Shown here: positions 28,939-38,351 of the stretch, piece by piece | How the letters are laid out: each line of letters begins with the position of its first letter | Numbering within the stretch: the stretch's first letter is position 1 | Assembly (NCBI GenBank): GCA_002162685.1 | Contig: MAAQ01000023.1 | Coordinates: 4,259-68,258 of the forward strand | From: Flavobacteriales bacterium 33_180_T64 | Lineage (GTDB): Bacteria; Bacteroidota; Bacteroidia; Flavobacteriales; Flavobacteriaceae | Length of the DNA stretch: 64,000 bases | Reading direction: 5' to 3' | Notes under the pieces: generated by a model | The model's input: the letters and a program-made list of their open reading frames with translations, nothing else | Database searches by the model: none | Told to the model about the DNA's origin: nothing | Position numbers and translations under genes: made by a program

Positions 28939-31776
28939 CTAAATACTTATTTTAGCAATCGTTTCTTGGTCATCTTTATTGGTGAGGCGTATTATTTTAA
29001 TGTTTTTAGACTCTCTATTTGTTCCGTAATATTTATAAATAGTGACTTTCATAAAAGTTGGATTTTCAGCTTTTTGGTAGCGATCTCCAAAGTATTTTAT
29101 TTTTATAAAATAATCACCTTTTTTTGCTTTAGATAATACAAATTCTTCTGGTCCAAAACCTTGAGTCATATCTGGCGACATAACTCCTCCAATTTTTGTT
29201 TTAGGATGTGAATAGTAACATTCCTCTAGGTTTGGATCAATAATGTGTAAATCTATGTCTGTGTCATTATGATTCCAATCTACAACAATTCTTATGTCTA
29301 AATCAACCTCTTTGAGTAGGTCTTTATTTATGGCACTCAAATCTAAATCATCTTTGTAGTTTTGGATGAGATGTTTTATTTCATTTCTAGCTATTAATTT
29401 CATTCCAGGAAAAATACGTCGCCTAGAGTTTTTATAGATGTCTCCTGTAATAATGCTATTGAATAAATCTAAGGCTTCTTGACATTTACCAATTTTTTGA
29501 TAAGCAAGTGCTAAATCCCTGTAGGATTGTGAATCTTCGGGTCTTAATTCTAAGATACGCTTATATATAAATACGGCTAATTCACTTTCAAAGTTTAATT
29601 GTAGCTGATAAGCATAAACTTTTAGTAATTCATAATCATCAAAATCTACTTCAGCAATATTTGATAATATTCTTATAGAATAACTATTGTCATTGAAGTG
29701 GTTTTTAAAATATGTTGAAACATCACTATAATAAGCGGGCACTTTGCTATAATCTTTACGTTGTTCTAGGTAGAGTTTATAAGCTTCTTTTTTAGAGCTC
29801 GCTTTACGAAGTGCTTTTATATAATCACTATCTAATGTTCGTTTTTTTACAACGAGTTTTTCTTTGTATTTAGCTACATTGTTTGGTGTTTCATCTCGTA
29901 AATAGGCACGACTTGAAATATTGTCTATAGTATCCATATTTACAACACCATTAAGTGTGTTTCCATTAGGTTCTGAAAAGCTCATAACCGCTTCGTTTAA
30001 TTCTTCATCAGCATTATTAAAAAAGCCATCTAGTGATTCGCGTGAAATCGTCTCGCTATTTAGGTCAAAATTTTCTATTCGCCTTAAGCTAACGGCATCT
30101 GAAATGGTACTTTCATTTCTTGTTTTTTTCTTTTCTTCTATGCTAGCAAGTAGAGCATTGTATTCTTCTAGTAATTCTTTAGGAGGTGTGATCTTATATC
30201 TTACATAATCCATGACCTCTTCCAAAACTATTAAAGAGGTATAGTCTGTGACCAGGCTATAGTCAATTCCTAATTGTATAATTTCAGTTTTGTTAGTTTT
30301 AGAATCTATTTCTAATGTATTTAGTTTTTGTTGCGCCCAAATTCGTCTTGTCATAGGATTAGAAGCTTCAGATCCTTTTATTTCTATATCTAAGTGTTGT
30401 GTTATTGTATTTCCGAAGCCAAAATGAAGTGTAATGATATCTCCATTTTTAACATTTTTTCCTGCTATAGAAAAATCATTGTCTACACGTTTAGAACCTT
30501 TTGGATAAATATCTAGAACATCAGAATTAGTGGTATAATTAATAAATTTAAAAGGTTCATATTTGGTAAGTTCTAGAGCTTCAGTTACCGATAATGTATT
30601 AAGGTTAAGATAAGCGCCATTTGATAATTCTGTTAATTGGTTTAGCTGAGAATAGTTTGATTTAACCAAGCTATTAACAATAAACATTGGTTTTGAAGTC
30701 CTAAAATTATAATTGCTTAGAGAGGCAAGACCATCTGAAAATAATAGCGAAACATCTGAATTTGTATTCAAATTGTAGATTACATCATAATTAGTGCCAC
30801 CATCATATACAATATTTTTAATGTCTTCTTTTAAGGTATTCCAATTTCCATTTTCAATTTTAAATGATTTGTTTTTTAGAAGCGTGTTACTAAAGACTAT
30901 AAATGAGATGTCAATATTTTTTAAATTAGAAAAATAACTATCTAAAAAACTAATCTCTTTTTCTAGATTCCTATTCTCCATAGATAGTGAAGCATCCCAA
31001 TAAATGGTGATTTGTTTTGGTTTTTGTCTTAGCCTTTTTTTAGGAGATAAGGTTTTATAAGCATAAAAAAAGTTGCCATATACTAATACCTTTTCAGAAT
31101 TTGATGGTATTGGTATTTTAATTATGATGCTTTTATTAGGGATAAAATCCTTTTTTGAAATCTGCGTTTTAAAATTCTTATTCCAATTAGTGAATTTGAG
31201 ATTAGCGATTTCTCCTTTTTCAATAACAGGTTTGCTTTTTTGTTCAAAGACAGTAATTTCTAGTTTGAAATTGTCTAGTTTTTTTTCGAAATTTAATGGA
31301 AGATTATAATAATGTGCAGTTTCTTTTAATAAAAGTTCTTGTTCGTATGCTAATACGACACGCTTATAACCATTAGCAGGAATAGGGTAGATTCTAGCTT
31401 TATAGTTGTTGCCTGTTCCTTTTTCTAATAGCGCAGGATCTACTTGTCTTCTAACAACATCTTCAAAAGCTATTCGTCCAAGTTCTTTATCCACTACAAC
31501 AGCGTCTCTTAGTTTTCCATTTATATCTAAGGCAAAACGAGATACATCATGTCCATCTCCAAGTGGGAAATTTAATTGTCCTTCAAGAATATTATTTGTT
31601 GGATTGTAAAATAACATATCATAGGTAGTTATAGCAATATTACCTACAACTTCTACTTTTATGTCTAATGTTGATAGACCTAAAGGTTTGTCTTTTACAT
31701 TTAGTACAGGAATGTTTTGAGTGTAGCCATATACTATAAATAATAGCATGAATACAAGTAGAATTGTTTTTTTCAT
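28939..31776 (-). CDS. VIT-domain protein with VWA-like region, TPR-like repeats and C-terminal DUF2135/YfaP-like domain
   Basis: VIT motifs (LEGQLNFPL, VSRFALDING, DPALLE, RIYPIP), IYWDASLSM, WNHNDTDIDLHIIDP, DMTQGFGPEE. Confidence 0.8.
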   Translation of the reverse strand: MKKTILLVFMLLFIVYGYTQNIPVLNVKDKPLGLSTLDIKVEVVGNIAITTYDMLFYNPTNNILEGQLNFPLGDGHDVSRFALDINGKLRDAVVVDKELGRIAFEDVVRRQVDPALLEKGTGNNYKARIYPIPANGYKRVVLAYEQELLLKETAHYYNLPLNFEKKLDNFKLEITVFEQKSKPVIEKGEIANLKFTNWNKNFKTQISKKDFIPNKSIIIKIPIPSNSEKVLVYGNFFYAYKTLSPKKRLRQKPKQITIYWDASLSMENRNLEKEISFLDSYFSNLKNIDISFIVFSNTLLKNKSFKIENGNWNTLKEDIKNIVYDGGTNYDVIYNLNTNSDVSLLFSDGLASLSNYNFRTSKPMFIVNSLVKSNYSQLNQLTELSNGAYLNLNTLSVTEALELTKYEPFKFINYTTNSDVLDIYPKGSKRVDNDFSIAGKNVKNGDIITLHFGFGNTITQHLDIEIKGSEASNPMTRRIWAQQKLNTLEIDSKTNKTEIIQLGIDYSLVTDYTSLIVLEEVMDYVRYKITPPKELLEEYNALLASIEEKKKTRNESTISDAVSLRRIENFDLNSETISRESLDGFFNNADEELNEAVMSFSEPNGNTLNGVVNMDTIDNISSRAYLRDETPNNVAKYKEKLVVKKRTLDSDYIKALRKASSKKEAYKLYLEQRKDYSKVPAYYSDVSTYFKNHFNDNSYSIRILSNIAEVDFDDYELLKVYAYQLQLNFESELAVFIYKRILELRPEDSQSYRDLALAYQKIGKCQEALDLFNSIITGDIYKNSRRRIFPGMKLIARNEIKHLIQNYKDDLDLSAINKDLLKEVDLDIRIVVDWNHNDTDIDLHIIDPNLEECYYSHPKTKIGGVMSPDMTQGFGPEEFVLSKAKKGDYFIKIKYFGDRYQKAENPTFMKVTIYKYYGTNRESKNIKIIRLTNKDDQETIAKISI

Positions 31777-31870
31777 AATAATAGTCTAACGGTTAAATGC
31801 TGTAAATATTAGACTAAAGACACAAGATTTGTGCCATATTAGGATATGTAAATAAAGGAGTTGTTGAAAT

Positions 31871-32023
31871 TTATCCCAAAGCACGTTTAGTCACATAAAC
31901 TCTCCAACCAAAAATGGCCATTTGAAGTTTAGTAGCTTTACTGAGGTCTAACTGTTGTTTAGAAAAACTAGGCAAGAGTAGTTTGTTGAGTTTGGCAAGC
32001 CCTTTAAAGAAATTCTGTGTCAT
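31871..32023 (-). CDS. 50-aa basic small protein, absent from the ORF track
   Basis: MTQNFFKGLAKLNKLLLPSFSKQQLDLSKATKLQMAIFGWRVYVTKRALG*. It resembles a conserved Flavobacteriaceae small protein that I recall being labelled 'SsrA-binding protein', although it is not SmpB-like. Confidence 0.75.
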   Translation of the reverse strand: MTQNFFKGLAKLNKLLLPSFSKQQLDLSKATKLQMAIFGWRVYVTKRALG

Positions 32024-32115
32024 TGTACTTAGGGTGTTATAGAAAATAAACCTGTAAGTAAATTTAAGGGTTTTTAAATGTTAGCCAAAGAACTTAGTCT
32101 CTTTTTAAAAATGAA

Positions 32116-32143
32116 GTAAAACTTATTCTAGACTAAGTTTTAC
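32116..32143. terminator. Hairpin downstream of the 16-aa ORF
   Basis: GTAAAACTTA-TTCTAGAC-TAAGTTTTAC, a perfect 10-bp stem. Confidence 0.5.
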
Positions 32144-32159
32144 AAACATGGGTTTGGAT

Positions 32160-32210
32160 TTAGCTAATCGAAAAAAGAATATCGATTAATAATTTTGCAA
32201 GTGTTGTCAT
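32160..32210 (-). CDS. Candidate 16-aa micropeptide
   Basis: MTTLAKLLIDILFSIS*, preceded by the A-rich initiation region TTAAAAACCAAAACATT-ATG. Confidence 0.4.
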   Translation of the reverse strand: MTTLAKLLIDILFSIS

Positions 32211-32652
32211 AATGTTTTGGTTTTTAAGGTTAATATTTAACTCGTTTTCTTGATTGAGTTTTCAATATATAACCTTGAAAACCCATTCTCCAAATGTTTA
32301 TATGAAAATCTATGAAATTGAATGCTGAATTATAACTAAAAATATGATTTGTATTTCGAAAATAATGTGACTATCTTAAATTTTGTTTTAATATGTAATG
32401 TAAAATAATCATTTCAATTATTATTTGTAATTTTTAAAGGGGCTTTTGAGGCTCTTTTTTTTTAGCCTAGGGGCATTTCATTATAAAATCATTGAAAAAC
32501 GAGCATTTCATCTTTTCTGGTTTTCAGTTTTTAAAATTTTTGACGATTATTTTAGGTTTAAAAAAAGAGCCCTTTTCAGTAAAATTCATGATTTATTAAA
32601 CTCATAATTGCAAATACATTTAATAGATGATTACATTTGTAAAAAATAGAAA

Positions 32653-34632
32653 ATGAAAAGACCGCTATTATATTTCATTTCCATATGCTTTGCGCAACTT
32701 GCTTTTGGTCAAGTTGTCATCAACGAATTAGATTGTGATACACCTGGTGTTGATAATATGGAATTCTTAGAATTGTTAAGTGATACACCAAATTTTCCTT
32801 TAGACGGCTACGTGGTTGTCTTTTTTAATGGATCTACTTCTGGTGGTAACTCAAGTTATTTTACCGTAGATTTAGATGGGTATGTTACAGATGTTAACGG
32901 ATTGTTACTTATAGGTAGTAATGATGTAAGTCCTGTTCCTCAGGTTTTGATTTCGGCAAATGTTTTTCAAAACGGAGCAGATGCTGTAGCAATTTATCAA
33001 GGTAGTTTTTTTGATTTCCCAGAAGAAACCGTTGCAACTATTGATAACCTCATAGATGTTTTGTTATATGATACTTCTGATGCTGATGATGCTGACATGA
33101 TAGCTATTTTTAGTCAAGATCCTAGGTTTACGAATATTCAACAAATCAATGAAGGTTCTGGTAATAATACCAATTCTATTCAACGTTTTGTAGATATAGA
33201 TGATAATATAACCTATACTTCAACTACGCCAACACCAAGACAACTTAATGACGGAAGTGGTGTTGTACTTAACGGAATAAGTATCAATATTGCACAATCT
33301 CAATATAATGAAGGAGAGAGCTTCGACATTGCATTTACCACTGAAAATCCTGTTACAGAAACCTTGAATTTCGACATGCTATTAGATGATAATGGATTTG
33401 ATAGTTTAGATTTTACAGGAAATACTACAATTACAATTCCAATAAACCAAAGTACAGCAATTACAACAATCACTTTAGTTGATGACGCTGATGACGAAGG
33501 TGATGAGGTTACGAGAATTCGTTTTCAAAGTTTGTCTTCAAATTACTTAGCATTAAATAATAATGTCGCAATAAGAATTGTAGATAACGATTTTACAGTA
33601 GCTGGCTTTGGGACGCCTTTAAATCCTACCTTCGGAAATGTAACCAGTACACAACCTGTAGATTACTATAATTCACTAGATGGCTTAGCAGATACGGTTT
33701 TACGTCAAACTTTACAAGATATTATTGCTGAAGAGGGTGTGGTTAGAGGGCAAACCTATGCCGATATTATAGATATTTTAAAAGAAGCAGATCAAAATCC
33801 ATTAAATAGTAATCAGGTATGGTTGGTCTATACCGAACAAGGTCGTGCAAAATTAGACTTACAAACAGGTTCTAATAATAATGGAAAATGGAACAGAGAA
33901 CATACCTTCCCGCGTTCTCGAGGCGGTTTTTTTGATATTGAAGAAGATGAAATTGCCGATGGAAGAGAAGTCTATTGGAATACAACAGCAGATTCTTTAC
34001 GTCACGGAAATTCTGATGCGCATGCTTTGCGTGCTGCAGATGGTCCCGAAAATAGTTCTAGAGGAAATCAGCATTATGGTGAATATACAGGACCAATGGC
34101 TACAGCAGAAAGTTTTTATGGTGATGTGGCAAGAAGTGTATTATATATGGAAATACGGTATAATGGTTTGCAAGTTGTTAATGGATTTCCTGAAGGCACA
34201 ACAGGAGCGTTAGGAGATTTAGCAACCTTATTAGATTGGCATAGAAATGATCCGCCAGATGATTTTGAAATGAATAGAAATAATGTGGTATATACCTGGC
34301 AGTTTAATAGAAACCCATTTATTGATCAGCCTGATTTGGTAGAGTATATTTGGGGCACAAATATTGGTGACGTTTGGGATCAACCATTAAGTGTTCCTGC
34401 GTTTGATACTAATACAATTAAAGTTTATCCTAATCCAACTCAAAATAGTATTTCAATTGAAGGCTTGAAGAGTGAAGCTAATATAGAAGTGTTTTCTATT
34501 GATGGGAGAAAGGTAAAAACGATGAAAGTAAATTCGGATTCTAGTATAGATTTAAATCTTAATAGTGGAATGTATTTACTTCATATTACTTCTGATAATA
34601 AAACGACTATTAAAAAGCTGATAGTTAATTAA
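32653..34632 (+). CDS. T9SS-secreted endonuclease I-family nuclease (lamin-tail-like N-domain, Calx-beta-like middle)
   Basis: VVINELD...EFLEL, WNREHTFPRS, DAHALR, NSSRGN, GDVARSVLYMEIRY, CTD VYPNP...KKLIVN. Confidence 0.88.
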   Translation: MKRPLLYFISICFAQLAFGQVVINELDCDTPGVDNMEFLELLSDTPNFPLDGYVVVFFNGSTSGGNSSYFTVDLDGYVTDVNGLLLIGSNDVSPVPQVLISANVFQNGADAVAIYQGSFFDFPEETVATIDNLIDVLLYDTSDADDADMIAIFSQDPRFTNIQQINEGSGNNTNSIQRFVDIDDNITYTSTTPTPRQLNDGSGVVLNGISINIAQSQYNEGESFDIAFTTENPVTETLNFDMLLDDNGFDSLDFTGNTTITIPINQSTAITTITLVDDADDEGDEVTRIRFQSLSSNYLALNNNVAIRIVDNDFTVAGFGTPLNPTFGNVTSTQPVDYYNSLDGLADTVLRQTLQDIIAEEGVVRGQTYADIIDILKEADQNPLNSNQVWLVYTEQGRAKLDLQTGSNNNGKWNREHTFPRSRGGFFDIEEDEIADGREVYWNTTADSLRHGNSDAHALRAADGPENSSRGNQHYGEYTGPMATAESFYGDVARSVLYMEIRYNGLQVVNGFPEGTTGALGDLATLLDWHRNDPPDDFEMNRNNVVYTWQFNRNPFIDQPDLVEYIWGTNIGDVWDQPLSVPAFDTNTIKVYPNPTQNSISIEGLKSEANIEVFSIDGRKVKTMKVNSDSSIDLNLNSGMYLLHITSDNKTTIKKLIVN

Positions 34633-34641
34633 AGATCTATT

Positions 34642-34690
34642 AAAAAAAAAAGAAAAGCGTCTAAAATTTAGACGCTTTTCTTTTTTTTTT
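34642..34690. terminator. Bidirectional terminator
   Basis: AGAAAAGCGTCTAA-AA-TTTAGACGCTTTTCT with A and T runs on both sides. Confidence 0.85.
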
Positions 34691-36818
34691 AATGACCTAT
34701 AGCTCTAACAAATAGTTTGTCATCTCCAGATTTTCCAAGTACAATATCTGGGATGGCTTGATCTTTCTTTTTCCAGCTTGCGCTAGATTTTCGTCCTTGA
34801 TTGTCGTCAAGTGAGATTTTTATACCAGTAATCTCACCAGCGTTATTACGTTTCACTTTAGTGAATTTCACATCAATACCGTGTTTCTTTAAATTACTTT
34901 TTTGTTTTTTTAAGAAGGAATCAGATGCGTGTTTTGAGATTACAAATTCTATGGTTTCAATATTGTGATTATCAGTGAAATAAACAGATGAAACTGCAGT
35001 TTTAATCTTGTATGGACTTTCTTCTGTAACCTCAACAAGTACAGAGTTGTTGTCACCTGATAATAGCATGTGTTTTTTAGAATTTATGAGGACAACGCCA
35101 TCTTTTCCATGATCTCCGTAGATTTTAATTGCGTTCTCGCCTTTTAATATTTCAATAGTATCAATGCTATTGGGATCCATGCTTTTTAATTTAAAATCTG
35201 AAACTTCATTTCCATTAAGTAGCATTAATGGTTTTTTTCCATCAGTTTCAATAAACTCAAAGTCAACATTTACATCGGTGTCTTTATTTGTTTTATAGAT
35301 AAAACTATTCGATCCTTTTTTAGTCATAATTACGACACCATTTTTTCCTTTATCTCCAAAGCTTTCTAATGCAACTTTGCCTTTTAAAATATTAATAGAT
35401 TTTATGTCGTCTGAATCTATATCTTCAAAAAGTGACTTCTTTACAATTTTACCATCAACAACAAATATAGGATCATCACCTTCTTCTATAATAAGAACGT
35501 TTGAACTTTCATTTTCATAAGCATTAATAGTTGTTTTTGTGTTATTCTTGTTTTCTTCTGTCTCTTCTTCAATAAGATAGATATTATTTCCTGTGGTTTG
35601 TATATTTGTATTTCCGTCTTGAGTTTTAAAACTATAAGTGCCTTTTTTATTGTCTAAAGTGCTAACTCCAAAATTGTGATCGTCACTTTTAAAACGAATA
35701 GCTTTAATAGCATTATCACTATTAACATTGTAGTTAGTAGAATGATCCTTGGTTTTAAAGCTTGTTTTGATGCTTGTGATTTCCCCTTTTTTATTACGCT
35801 TTAGGTTGTTATAGGTGAAGGTGATGCCTTTGTCTTTTAATGTAGATTGCATGCGTTTTAAATCGTCATCACTGGTGTTTTTTGTAATGACAACTTCTAT
35901 GTTTTCAGTTTGAGGTGTTATAATTTCTGAATTTGTTTTTTCTTCTGAAGGAATTTCAATATAAATGTCCTTTGTATTAAAACTCATCATAAATGCAGCT
36001 ATTAGAGGAAGCACTAGTATGAATTTTAATTGGTTGATTTTGTTAGATTTTGATTTGTGTAACATAACGATTCGTTTTTTGATTAATGATGTATAAAAAT
36101 TATTAGTAAATGCTAATTGATGATTTTGAATACTTGTTTTTAGTAATACGGTTTGATAGCTTTTATCGCATTTAGAAATGTGTTGTGCTTTTTGATCGGC
36201 AATAAATTCTAGGTTTTGTTGTAACCCTTTTTTATAAAGCCAAACGATTGGATTAAACCAAAAAATAATACAAGATAGTTGCGCTATAATGGTATCTATT
36301 GAATGTAATTGTGTTGTATGTACTTTCTCGTGATTAATGATATGTAAAAGCTCTTCGCTTTTAAACTGATTAGGGTTGTAAACGATATAATTAAAAAATG
36401 AAAATGCAGCAACTTGTTCATCTGTCTCTAAAATCTTGAAATTATTTGAGGTTGTTATGATTGAAGCATTGTTTAGGATTTTTCTAAGGGATAAAAACTC
36501 GATAGCTAGTTTCCCGAAGAAAAAAAGTAAACCAGCGGTATAAAACCATATAATGAGTTGCATATAGTTAAAAGGTTCTTCTTGAATTTCAGTTGGGTTA
36601 ACTAAGGTGTTAGATGTGTTGATTAGAAATTCAGAAGTATCAATAGCTGTGTATTCAATATATTCAGGAATCACAACAAATGGAATGCAAGACGCAATGA
36701 TTAAACCTGAGAGTAAAAACCAACGATTAGATTGAAAAAAGGTTTCTTTTTTCAAAAACAATTGATAACATATATAGAATATAAAAAGTACAGCTGAAGC
36801 TTTAAGTAAATAGATCAT
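34689..36818 (-). CDS. BlaR1/M56-family metallopeptidase with duplicated extracytoplasmic domains
   Basis: HEKVH zinc motif, WFNPIVW, EFIAD, LIKKRIVML, two TonB-plug-like repeats. Confidence 0.9.
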   Translation of the reverse strand: MIYLLKASAVLFIFYICYQLFLKKETFFQSNRWFLLSGLIIASCIPFVVIPEYIEYTAIDTSEFLINTSNTLVNPTEIQEEPFNYMQLIIWFYTAGLLFFFGKLAIEFLSLRKILNNASIITTSNNFKILETDEQVAAFSFFNYIVYNPNQFKSEELLHIINHEKVHTTQLHSIDTIIAQLSCIIFWFNPIVWLYKKGLQQNLEFIADQKAQHISKCDKSYQTVLLKTSIQNHQLAFTNNFYTSLIKKRIVMLHKSKSNKINQLKFILVLPLIAAFMMSFNTKDIYIEIPSEEKTNSEIITPQTENIEVVITKNTSDDDLKRMQSTLKDKGITFTYNNLKRNKKGEITSIKTSFKTKDHSTNYNVNSDNAIKAIRFKSDDHNFGVSTLDNKKGTYSFKTQDGNTNIQTTGNNIYLIEEETEENKNNTKTTINAYENESSNVLIIEEGDDPIFVVDGKIVKKSLFEDIDSDDIKSINILKGKVALESFGDKGKNGVVIMTKKGSNSFIYKTNKDTDVNVDFEFIETDGKKPLMLLNGNEVSDFKLKSMDPNSIDTIEILKGENAIKIYGDHGKDGVVLINSKKHMLLSGDNNSVLVEVTEESPYKIKTAVSSVYFTDNHNIETIEFVISKHASDSFLKKQKSNLKKHGIDVKFTKVKRNNAGEITGIKISLDDNQGRKSSASWKKKDQAIPDIVLGKSGDDKLFVRAIGH

Positions 36819-36820
36819 AA

Positions 36821-37180
36821 TTAATTCTTTTTCTCAATTAAAGCAATAATTTCTTTGAGTTCATCAACGCTAATTTTTTCCTCTTTTGCAAAGAAGGAAA
36901 CGACATTTTTGTAAGAGCTATTAAAGTAGTTCTCAATAGCTGTGTTCATGAACCTTTTTTTATAAGCCTCTTTACTTACTATGGGGAAGTATTGATGCGT
37001 TTTTCCATATGCATTATAGCTCACGTAACCTTTCTCTTCTAAATGTCTAATAATTGTTGACAGTGTGTTGTAGTGAGGCTTATCTGCTTTGATTTCTGCC
37101 AGTACATCTTTTACAAAAGCTTTTTCAAGCTTCCATAAGATATGCATGATTTCTTCTTCTTTGTTTGTGAGTTTTTGCAC
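36821..37180 (-). CDS. BlaI/MecI/CopY-family repressor
   Basis: LTNKEEEIMHILW, YNTLSTIIRHLEEKGYV, YFPIVSKE. Confidence 0.93.
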   Translation of the reverse strand: MQKLTNKEEEIMHILWKLEKAFVKDVLAEIKADKPHYNTLSTIIRHLEEKGYVSYNAYGKTHQYFPIVSKEAYKKRFMNTAIENYFNSSYKNVVSFFAKEEKISVDELKEIIALIEKKN

Positions 37181-37215
37181 GATATATAGTTTTTGTAAGG
37201 TCTATGCAAACCTAT

Positions 37216-37271
37216 AACTATTTTTATAGTTATACAACTATTGATGTAGTTATTTAACTAAATTTTAAGTT
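37216..37271. promoter_or_regulatory. Three BlaI-type operators at 20-bp spacing
   Basis: AACTA-N6-TAGTT at 37216 and 37236, and AACTA-N6-AAGTT at 37256, next to the minus-strand TAGGTTTG -7 box. Confidence 0.75.
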
Positions 37272-37347
37272 ATCAAATGATTAATATGCTTAGTTTAAAA
37301 TGATATGCACTTTGCAAATTATAGTATCTTCGCAAAAAATAAATTGC

Positions 37348-38295
37348 ATGAGTTTAGTCTGGATAATTTTAGGATTGATGTTATTGGTAATAGGAGGAGA
37401 GTTCTTAGTGAGGTCATCAGTAGCTTTGTCTTTTAAATTGAGCATATCAAAAATGGTTATTGGTATGACAGTGGTTAGTTTTGCGACATCTGCTCCAGAG
37501 TTGTTGGTGAGTTTAAATGCTGCATTAACGGGATCTCCAGCCATTGCTATAAATAATGTTATAGGTTCTAATATTGCAAATATTGGATTGGTATTAGGGA
37601 TTACTGCTTTGGTGAGTTCTATCACTGTAGATCAATCTTTTTATAAGCTTAATTGGCCGGTGATGATGCTGTTTTCAATGGTGCTCTATTATTTTCTTAG
37701 TAATGATAATCAATTGTCGTCTATTGAAGGTGGTGCTCTCTTTGCTGGTTTAATTGTATTTTTAATCGTTTTAATTAAGTCGGCAAAAAAAAATGCTGTT
37801 GTCGAAGCTGTTGATGATAGCTTGGCTGTGGTTTCTAATTTTAAAATAGGATTGTGGTTACTTATTGGAGCTGTGGCACTTTATTTTGGGTCTGTGTGGT
37901 TGGTAGATGGCGCAAAAGAATTAGCAAACGCTTTAGGGGTTAGTGATGCCGTAATCGCTGCAACGGTTATTGCTATTGGTACAAGTGTCCCAGAATTAGC
38001 AGCGTCTGTTATTGCAGCTGTTAAAAAAGAGAAGGCCTTATCGTTGGGTAATTTAATAGGTTCTAATATCTTTAATATTGCATCTGTACTTGGATTAACC
38101 TCAATCATCAAATCGATCCCTGTTACAGATGATGCAATTTTAAATCGTGATATTTTTTGGATGCTAGCTTTTTCGGCAGTATTAATTCCCTTGATTATTA
38201 TTCCAAAGAGATTTCAAATATCTAGATATAAAGGAATATTGTTAGTCGTAGCTTATGGTGTATTCATCTTTTTGGCATTTAAATCTCAGGCATAA
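37348..38295 (+). CDS. Calcium/sodium antiporter (CaCA family, YrbG-like)
   Basis: alpha repeats FATSAPE...GSNIAN and GTSVPE...GSNIFN. ATG 37348 is preferred. Confidence 0.92.
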   Translation: MSLVWIILGLMLLVIGGEFLVRSSVALSFKLSISKMVIGMTVVSFATSAPELLVSLNAALTGSPAIAINNVIGSNIANIGLVLGITALVSSITVDQSFYKLNWPVMMLFSMVLYYFLSNDNQLSSIEGGALFAGLIVFLIVLIKSAKKNAVVEAVDDSLAVVSNFKIGLWLLIGAVALYFGSVWLVDGAKELANALGVSDAVIAATVIAIGTSVPELAASVIAAVKKEKALSLGNLIGSNIFNIASVLGLTSIIKSIPVTDDAILNRDIFWMLAFSAVLIPLIIIPKRFQISRYKGILLVVAYGVFIFLAFKSQA

Positions 38296-38351
38296 AAAAC
38301 GCCTTCTTAAAATTAAGAAAGCGCTTTTTGAACAAAACTATATATTTTAGT

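Noticed and set aside
31871-32023. Calling the 50-aa protein smpB
   Set aside because: SmpB is about 150 aa with an OB-like fold, and no such motifs are present here.
28808-32652. Possible genomic island integrated at tRNA-Arg
   Set aside because: I found no integrase and no second copy of the tRNA 3' end (CCAGTCGAGGTCA) in the window, and no obvious compositional shift.
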